Assembly (NCBI GenBank): GCA_963824495.1
Contig: CAWGPQ010000008.1
Coordinates: 96,001-160,000 of the forward strand
DNA: 64,000 bases
Direction: 5' to 3'
Source: an uncultured bacterium
Lineage (GTDB): Bacteria; Babelota; Babeliae; Babelales; Babelaceae
Each line of letters opens with the position of its first letter. The first letter of the stretch is position 1. Made by a program: the position numbers and the translations under genes. Of this stretch, positions 57,976 to 64,000 are shown one piece after another. The notes beneath the pieces are model-generated. The model did no database searches. It was not told where the DNA came from and saw only the letters and a program-made list of their open reading frames with translations.

Positions 57976-58321
57976 CTTGTGCCTCTTTACCGTGTGATTC
58001 CAAAACAATACTTATATGACATAAACGCCTACGTTGAATCATAGCACGTCCCATTGCTCCTGGCTTAAAATATCGCCGAATAGGACCTTGATCAATCCGA
58101 ATTTCTTTTATAGAAAGTTTCTCTGGACCAATATTTTGTAAGTTACGAGCGTTTGCAACAGCCGACTCAAGAGCCTTCTTAAGAGCATGCGTACGCTTTG
58201 TTTTATAGGTCGTTAGCCAATTAAGCGCATATGACGCGCCTTTTCCTCGTATAACATCCGCCACTGGCCTCAGCTTATACGGTGAATAAGCAATATACTT
58301 AGCCTTAGCTACAAATTGCAT
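57959..58321 (-). CDS. rplV: 50S ribosomal protein L22
   Basis: SPYKLR, SAVANA, PGAMGRA. Confidence 0.97.
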   Translation of the reverse strand: MQFVAKAKYIAYSPYKLRPVADVIRGKGASYALNWLTTYKTKRTHALKKALESAVANARNLQNIGPEKLSIKEIRIDQGPIRRYFKPGAMGRAMIQRRRLCHISIVLESHGKEAQGGTKS

Positions 58322-58351
58322 CGTTTAACCTTTTATCTTAGTATACATGAA

Positions 58352-58639
58352 TTATTTCTCACTGGCAACTCCAGATTTACGTTGACCACTATGAAGTCTA
58401 AAGGTTCTTGTCGGTGCAAATTCTCCTAAATAATGCCCAACCATATTCTCTGTAATATAAACAGAAACGAACTTTCTTCCATCATGTACTGCTATCGTTA
58501 ATCCCACAAATTCAGGAATAACCATACTGTCCCGTGACCAGGTTTTTATAACCTCACGCTTTGTGCTTGTTTTACTTCGTTGTATCTTATCGAGCAACGA
58601 TTCGGCAACAAACGGCCCTTTTTTAGAAGATCGTGCCAT
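58352..58639 (-). CDS. rpsS: 30S ribosomal protein S19
   Basis: [19 protein letters not shown]. Confidence 0.98.
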   Translation of the reverse strand: MARSSKKGPFVAESLLDKIQRSKTSTKREVIKTWSRDSMVIPEFVGLTIAVHDGRKFVSVYITENMVGHYLGEFAPTRTFRLHSGQRKSGVASEK

Positions 58640-58654
58640 ACTATTTGCCTTCCC

Positions 58655-59473
58655 TTACGGTTTTCTTCTTTTCAGAATAAGCGCGTTTTCTCGCTTTCTG
58701 GTACGCGTTCCTTTGCTTCCTTTACCCCAGGGACTAACAGGATGAGAACCTGACTTAGAACGTCCTTCACCACCACCATGAGGGTGATCGATAGGGTTCA
58801 TTGCCATACCTCGTACCGATGGCCTAAAGCCACGATGACGTGTTCTTCCTGCTTTACCCCATGAGATGTTTTTATAATCAGCGTTGCTTAATACCCCTAC
58901 CGTAGCGTAACAATCGAGATGAACCATACGAATTTCGCCTGACGGCATTTTTAACGTGGCGTGTTCATCGGATTTAGCAATAAGTTGAACTGATGTTCCT
59001 GCACCACGAGCAAATTTGCCACCTGATCCAGGAAAAATTTCAACATTATGAATCGTAAAACCTACGGGAATATTACGCAATGGTAAGCAATTGCCAATTT
59101 TTGCCTCAACGTCAGATCCAGCCATAATCGTTGAACCAACCGTAAGCCCTTGCGGCTGCAAGATATAGCGCTTTGCCCCGGTTACATATACCACTAACGC
59201 TATAGGTAAGTTTCTATTAGGATCATACTCAATAGAAACAACCTTACCAGGAATACCACGCTCAATGCGCTTAAAATCAACTAAGCGATAGTTACGCTTA
59301 GCTCCACCGCCACGATGCCGGACGGTAATACGTCCATAGGCATTACGCCCTCCGCGTTTACTTAATCCGCTTGTAAGACGACGCTCTGGCTTTTTCTTCG
59401 TCAATTCACTCGTATCTATAAACGTTTGGAATCGAAGCGAAGAATTTCGTGGCTTTCTCGTTACAATTGCCAT
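58655..59473 (-). CDS. rplB: 50S ribosomal protein L2
   Basis: EYDPNR, AMNPIDHPHGGGEG. Confidence 0.98.
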   Translation of the reverse strand: MAIVTRKPRNSSLRFQTFIDTSELTKKKPERRLTSGLSKRGGRNAYGRITVRHRGGGAKRNYRLVDFKRIERGIPGKVVSIEYDPNRNLPIALVVYVTGAKRYILQPQGLTVGSTIMAGSDVEAKIGNCLPLRNIPVGFTIHNVEIFPGSGGKFARGAGTSVQLIAKSDEHATLKMPSGEIRMVHLDCYATVGVLSNADYKNISWGKAGRTRHRGFRPSVRGMAMNPIDHPHGGGEGRSKSGSHPVSPWGKGSKGTRTRKRENALILKRRKP

Positions 59474-59499
59474 TATACACCTTAACCCTACCTATGCTG

Positions 59500-59835
59500 T
59501 TATGTTGTCTGTATCGGCTCGCCACCTGAAGCACTACCTGACGTATTCCAGCCCATAAGATCGACCGAATAGCCTTCTTTTAAGGTAATAAATGCTTTCT
59601 TTTCCAGCTTATCATGCACTATGTGGCGACCTGCACGGCGTCTTTTGCCCTTGGAAACAACAATACGAATTTTATCAGCCTCAACATTAAACAATTTTTT
59701 AAGCGCTTCAGCAATGAGCCGCTTATTAGCTTGGGGGTGTACCTCAAGAACAAGCTGTTTAAGCTGCTGATTTAATCGATAGGCCTTACTGGTAATGCGA
59801 GGTCTTCTAATAATACTATAAATATCTAAATCCAT
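59500..59835 (-). CDS. rplW: 50S ribosomal protein L23
   Basis: P.ITSKA, ANK..I, KKAFITL. Confidence 0.95.
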   Translation of the reverse strand: MDLDIYSIIRRPRITSKAYRLNQQLKQLVLEVHPQANKRLIAEALKKLFNVEADKIRIVVSKGKRRRAGRHIVHDKLEKKAFITLKEGYSVDLMGWNTSGSASGGEPIQTT

Positions 59836-60464
59836 GATTTCATCATTTCTTTAAAGGCATCAGCATCTTTTTTCAAACTTACCCATACATCAGCATCAGC
59901 TAAAACATACGCATTAGGTTCATCGAAAAATATAACACGTACGTTGGGAATATTTAAAAATGCTGCACCTGTTATATAATCGTCAGGGTCAACAAAAAGA
60001 ACAATCTTCTTATTGATCAACTCAACGTGCTTAAGAGCAGCATACGCTGCGGCTGTTTTCGGCTTTTCCCCTTCAACAGACCAGTCCAATAACATAATGC
60101 TTTTTTGCTCAAGTTTATTCCAGAGCAGTGCTTGCAGGACATTTCTCTTGACCCCCTTAGAAACTTTAAGCGTTCTTACACGGGGTTGTGGACCAAAAAT
60201 GGTTCCCCCCTTGCGCCACAGTGGCGACCGGCGGCTACCTGCACGAGCACGGCCAGTACCTTTTTGTTTCCAAGGTTTTTTGTTGGAAAATGCAACTTCG
60301 CCTCTATCTTTAGAGCTTACTGTTCCTTGCCGCCAATTTTGCATTAGAGCACGTATATACTGCGCAAAGCTTGTGCGAGAAAGTGGCTTATGCTCAGTTA
60401 TACGATCAGCAAGTTCCATATCACCAGGGCTAAGTACCTGAAGCTGTGAATCTGTCTGTGCCAT
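59826..60464 (-). CDS. rplD: 50S ribosomal protein L4
   Basis: KPWKQKGTGRARAGS, GGTIFGP; ATG 60464 follows the rplC stop. Confidence 0.97.
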   Translation of the reverse strand: MAQTDSQLQVLSPGDMELADRITEHKPLSRTSFAQYIRALMQNWRQGTVSSKDRGEVAFSNKKPWKQKGTGRARAGSRRSPLWRKGGTIFGPQPRVRTLKVSKGVKRNVLQALLWNKLEQKSIMLLDWSVEGEKPKTAAAYAALKHVELINKKIVLFVDPDDYITGAAFLNIPNVRVIFFDEPNAYVLADADVWVSLKKDADAFKEMMKSWI

Positions 60465-60468
60465 AGTT

Positions 60469-61092
60469 CTACCTGTGCTTTCGTACAAAAACTAATGAGC
60501 CTGATTTACCTGGTACCGAGCCCTTAACTAAGAGTACGCTCGACAGTGGCTCAACCTTGATTATTTCAAGGTTTCTCATAACGCGTTGATCGGTCCCCAT
60601 GTGGCCAGCCATTCGCTTTCCCTTAATAACACGTCCTCTACTTCTCATATGACTCAGTGAACCAGGTTTGCGCCCGAGTTTGCTTCCATGGCTAGCAAGA
60701 CCTCCAGTAAACCCATGACGCTTAACGCCACCTTGAAAACCGCGGCCTATAGTGATACCGAAAACATCAACACTATCTCCTTTGGCTACGAGTGACCCAA
60801 TATCTGCAGGTTGCCCAACAGCTAGTCCTTCTACGTGGGCAGTAAGACGTACTTCTTTCAGAACGCTGAAATACTTTCGCGGAGCCTTAAGCCATTCAGG
60901 AGAGAATTCCTGATTCTCGTAAGCATGCTTGGCATGTCCCATTTGTACGGCATCATAGCCATCACGCTCTTTAGTTTTAATGCCCGTAATATACCAATGA
61001 GCGGTATCAATAACGGTAACTGGCACAATTTTATAGTCATCTGAAAAAACCTGGGTCATACCAATTTTTCTACCCCAGACACCACTAACCAT
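60469..61092 (-). CDS. rplC: 50S ribosomal protein L3
   Basis: KIGMTQVF, GRGFQG.VKRH, KGSVPG; ATG 61092. Confidence 0.97.
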   Translation of the reverse strand: MVSGVWGRKIGMTQVFSDDYKIVPVTVIDTAHWYITGIKTKERDGYDAVQMGHAKHAYENQEFSPEWLKAPRKYFSVLKEVRLTAHVEGLAVGQPADIGSLVAKGDSVDVFGITIGRGFQGGVKRHGFTGGLASHGSKLGRKPGSLSHMRSRGRVIKGKRMAGHMGTDQRVMRNLEIIKVEPLSSVLLVKGSVPGKSGSLVFVRKHR

Positions 61093-61105
61093 TGAATGAC
61101 CTTTC

Positions 61106-61411
61106 TTACTTAATCTCCACATCAACGCCTGATGAGATGCTTAATTTCATAAGTGCATCCATAGTTTGATCTGAAGGTGATACAATATCTAGAACACGAC
61201 TGTGTGTGGTCAATTCAAATTGCTCGCGAGACTTTTTATCAATATGGGGCGACCGTAATACCGTAAAACATCGCCTACGCTTGGGTAGCGGAACGGGCCC
61301 AACAACGTTGGAGCCAGTCCGCTTAACGGTTAATACAATTTGCCGGACTGCTTTGTCAAGCAATTGATGGTCATATGATTTAAGCGTCAAACGAATCTTT
61401 TGCTTCTTCAT
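61106..61411 (-). CDS. rpsJ: 30S ribosomal protein S10
   Basis: [19 protein letters not shown]. Confidence 0.98.
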   Translation of the reverse strand: MKKQKIRLTLKSYDHQLLDKAVRQIVLTVKRTGSNVVGPVPLPKRRRCFTVLRSPHIDKKSREQFELTTHSRVLDIVSPSDQTMDALMKLSISSGVDVEIK

Positions 61412-61436
61412 GCGTCAACCTATACGTCAACCTGTG

Positions 61437-62630
61437 TTAATCAAGAATTTCGGTAACGACGCCAGAGCCAACTGTTCTACCACCTTCACGAATCGCAAAG
61501 CGTCCATCCTTTTCCATTGCGATTGGTGAAATTAAGTCGACGTTCAACTCAACGTTAATATCACCTGGCATAACCATTTCACGGCCTTTTTCAAGCGTAA
61601 CGTTACCGGTCACGTCGGTTGTTCTAAAATAGAATTGAGGACGATAGCCATTAAAAAATGGTGTTGCTCGTCCGCCTTCATCTTTAGACAAGACATAGAC
61701 GCGACATTTAAACTTTTTGTGTGGTGTCACACTACCTGGTTTGGCGAGTACCATACCACGCTCAATATCTTCTTTCTTTGTACCACGAAGTAAGATACCA
61801 ACGTTATCACCAGCTTCACCTTCAGTAAGAGTCTTACGGAACATTTCAATACCGGTGACTGTTGTTTTTGCTCGTTCACCCAAGCCAACAATTTCTATTT
61901 CATCGCCAACTTTAACCCGACCGCGCTCAATACGACCCGTTGCAACGGTACCACGACCAGAAATCGTGAAAACACCTTCAATAGCCATCAAGAAAGGCTT
62001 ATCGACTTCACGAACTGGCATTGGAATATGCGTATCTAAAGCCTCCATAAGTTTCATGATCGACGGCGATCCAAGCTCACTTGAATCATTGTTAAGAGCT
62101 TTCAAAGCTGATCCCTTAACTACCGGTATATCATCACCGGGAAATCCATATTTTTTAAGAAGATCCCTAATCTCTTCTTCGACCATATCAACCATGTCTG
62201 CATCATCAACCATGTCAACTTTATTTAAAAAAACGACAAGCGCTGGTACACCTACGTTACGAGCAAGCAGAATATGCTCACGAGTCTGAGGCATTGCTCC
62301 ATCAGCTGCAGATACGACCAAAATAGCACCGTCCATTTGGGCAGCACCCGTGATCATATTTTTAACGTAGTCAGCGTGACCAGGACAGTCAATATGAGCA
62401 TAATGACGCTTATCGGTTTCGTATTCAACATGTGAAATAGCAATGGTAATACCACGTGCCTTTTCTTCGGGCGCATTATCAATTTGATCAAAGCGCTTTG
62501 ATTCAGCGAGCCCTTTTTCAGCAAGTACCCGCGTAATTGCTGCAGTTAACGTTGTTTTTCCATGGTCAACATGACCAATAGTACCAACGTTAGCGTGAGG
62601 TTTTTTGCGCTCAAAAACACCTTTTGCCAT
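61437..62630 (-). CDS. tuf: Elongation factor Tu
   Basis: [28 protein letters not shown] 62630 after AGGAG. Confidence 0.99.
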   Translation of the reverse strand: MAKGVFERKKPHANVGTIGHVDHGKTTLTAAITRVLAEKGLAESKRFDQIDNAPEEKARGITIAISHVEYETDKRHYAHIDCPGHADYVKNMITGAAQMDGAILVVSAADGAMPQTREHILLARNVGVPALVVFLNKVDMVDDADMVDMVEEEIRDLLKKYGFPGDDIPVVKGSALKALNNDSSELGSPSIMKLMEALDTHIPMPVREVDKPFLMAIEGVFTISGRGTVATGRIERGRVKVGDEIEIVGLGERAKTTVTGIEMFRKTLTEGEAGDNVGILLRGTKKEDIERGMVLAKPGSVTPHKKFKCRVYVLSKDEGGRATPFFNGYRPQFYFRTTDVTGNVTLEKGREMVMPGDINVELNVDLISPIAMEKDGRFAIREGGRTVGSGVVTEILD

Positions 62631-62673
62631 TAGAATATCTCCTGACAATTTTTATTGTTCTACACTACTGTAT

Positions 62674-64000
62674 TTATGCTGCTTTACTACTCAGTATCTG
62701 ATCCTGAATATATTTTGGAACTTCACGATAAACCTCAAATTCCATCGTATAGCTTGCACGCCCCTTGCTCATTGATCGCAATTGCGTTGCATAGCCAAAC
62801 ATTTCAGCAAGTGGTACTTCAGCGAGAATGATCTGATTACCAACTTTGGCCTCCATACCCAAGATACGGCCACGTCGTGAGTTTAAATCACCCATAACGT
62901 CACCCATATATTCATCGGGAGTTTCAACCTCTACCTTCATAATCGGCTCAAGCAGAACTGCGTCGCCTTTACGCTCGCCCTCTTTAAACGAGAGTGAAGC
63001 GGCAATCTGAAACGCCAGCTCCGATGAGTCAACATCATGGTACGATCCATCAAATACTGTTGCTCTAAAGTCAACAACTGGGTAACCACCCAGCACACCG
63101 CTGTTCTTTGCTTCTTCCAAGCCTTTCTCTATGCCTGGAATATATTCGCGAGGAATTGTTCCACCGACAATACCGTTGACAAATTCAAAGCCCTTGCCGC
63201 GTTCAAGTGGTTCAAACTTGACCCAAACATGACCATATTGACCCTTTCCACCCGATTGCCGGATAAATTTACCCTCAGCTTCAACGGTTGTTTGAATGGT
63301 CTCTTTAAAGGCAACTTGTAACTTGCCTTGCGTTACATCCACTTTAGATTCACGCTTAAGGCGATCAACAATAATATCGAGATGGAGCTCACCCATTCCC
63401 CTTATAACTGTTTGATTGGTCTCTTTATCAAACGTAAATTGAAATGACGGATCTTCTTGCATAAGTTTTCTCAAGCCAATAATCATTTTTTCATAGTCTG
63501 ATTTAGATTTTGGCTCAACGGATGTCGATATCACGGGAGCAGGGATATCAATCCTTTCTAGCAAGATAGGATGACTTTCGTCACAGACAGTATCACCTGT
63601 TGCTGCATCTTTCAGACCAACAATAGCTCCAATATCGCCTGCTCGTAGCTCATCAATATCCTCACGCTTGTCAGCATGAAGTTTAACCAAGCGGCTTACA
63701 CGCTCTTTTGTGCCTTTTGTTGCGTTATACACATATGAGCCCGACTTAAGCGTCCCAGAATATACGCGTACAAAACTAAGTACGCCAACATACGGGTCGG
63801 TCATAATTTTAAAGACAAGACCTGCAAACGGACCTTTAGGGTCAGCTACACGCTCTTCAACTTTATCGGTTCTTGGGACAATACCCACAACTGGTGGCAC
63901 ATCTAGGGGGGATGGTAAGTAATCAACCACACCATCAAGCATCAGCTGAACACCTTTATTCTTAAATGCTGTGCCACAAAAAGCAGGGACCACCTGACGA
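62674..64000 (-). CDS. fusA: Elongation factor G, 3' part (5' end outside the window)
   Basis: [37 protein letters not shown]. Confidence 0.98.
   Translation of the reverse strand, partial: RQVVPAFCGTAFKNKGVQLMLDGVVDYLPSPLDVPPVVGIVPRTDKVEERVADPKGPFAGLVFKIMTDPYVGVLSFVRVYSGTLKSGSYVYNATKGTKERVSRLVKLHADKREDIDELRAGDIGAIVGLKDAATGDTVCDESHPILLERIDIPAPVISTSVEPKSKSDYEKMIIGLRKLMQEDPSFQFTFDKETNQTVIRGMGELHLDIIVDRLKRESKVDVTQGKLQVAFKETIQTTVEAEGKFIRQSGGKGQYGHVWVKFEPLERGKGFEFVNGIVGGTIPREYIPGIEKGLEEAKNSGVLGGYPVVDFRATVFDGSYHDVDSSELAFQIAASLSFKEGERKGDAVLLEPIMKVEVETPDEYMGDVMGDLNSRRGRILGMEAKVGNQIILAEVPLAEMFGYATQLRSMSKGRASYTMEFEVYREVPKYIQDQILSSKAA

Noticed and set aside
47011..64000. Antisense and nested ORFs in the ribosomal cluster (e.g. 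61717..62289, 60013..60441)
   Set aside because: Expected shadow frames of conserved genes.

Overview
AT-rich bacterial chromosome segment. Many secreted ankyrin proteins, many signal-peptide orphans and the style of the housekeeping genes suggest a protist-infecting intracellular bacterium, probably Candidatus Dependentiae (TM6/Babelota); this taxonomy is inference. The right 17 kb (47.0-64 kb, minus strand) is the fusA-tuf-S10-spc-alpha ribosomal cluster, lacking rpmD and adk at their usual positions. The left 47 kb mixes housekeeping genes (argS, mnmA, ssb, grpE, lepA, pgk, sbcC, trxB) with candidate host-directed proteins: ankyrin proteins (some with NLS-like or F-box-like motifs), two kinase-like proteins, a duplicated Cys-rich protein and three S9 peptidase paralogues, one internally deleted. 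The main observation is a ~650-nt structured non-coding locus at 25171-25818 (minus) behind a near-consensus sigma70 promoter. It contains two tandem tRNA-like cloverleaves, then a tmRNA-like four-pseudoknot ring that has no tRNA-like domain and is closed by a 28-bp helix containing a boxA-like motif, then a two-state 3' domain. All RNA structures were paired by hand. No transposase, integrase, CRISPR array, canonical tRNA or rRNA was seen.
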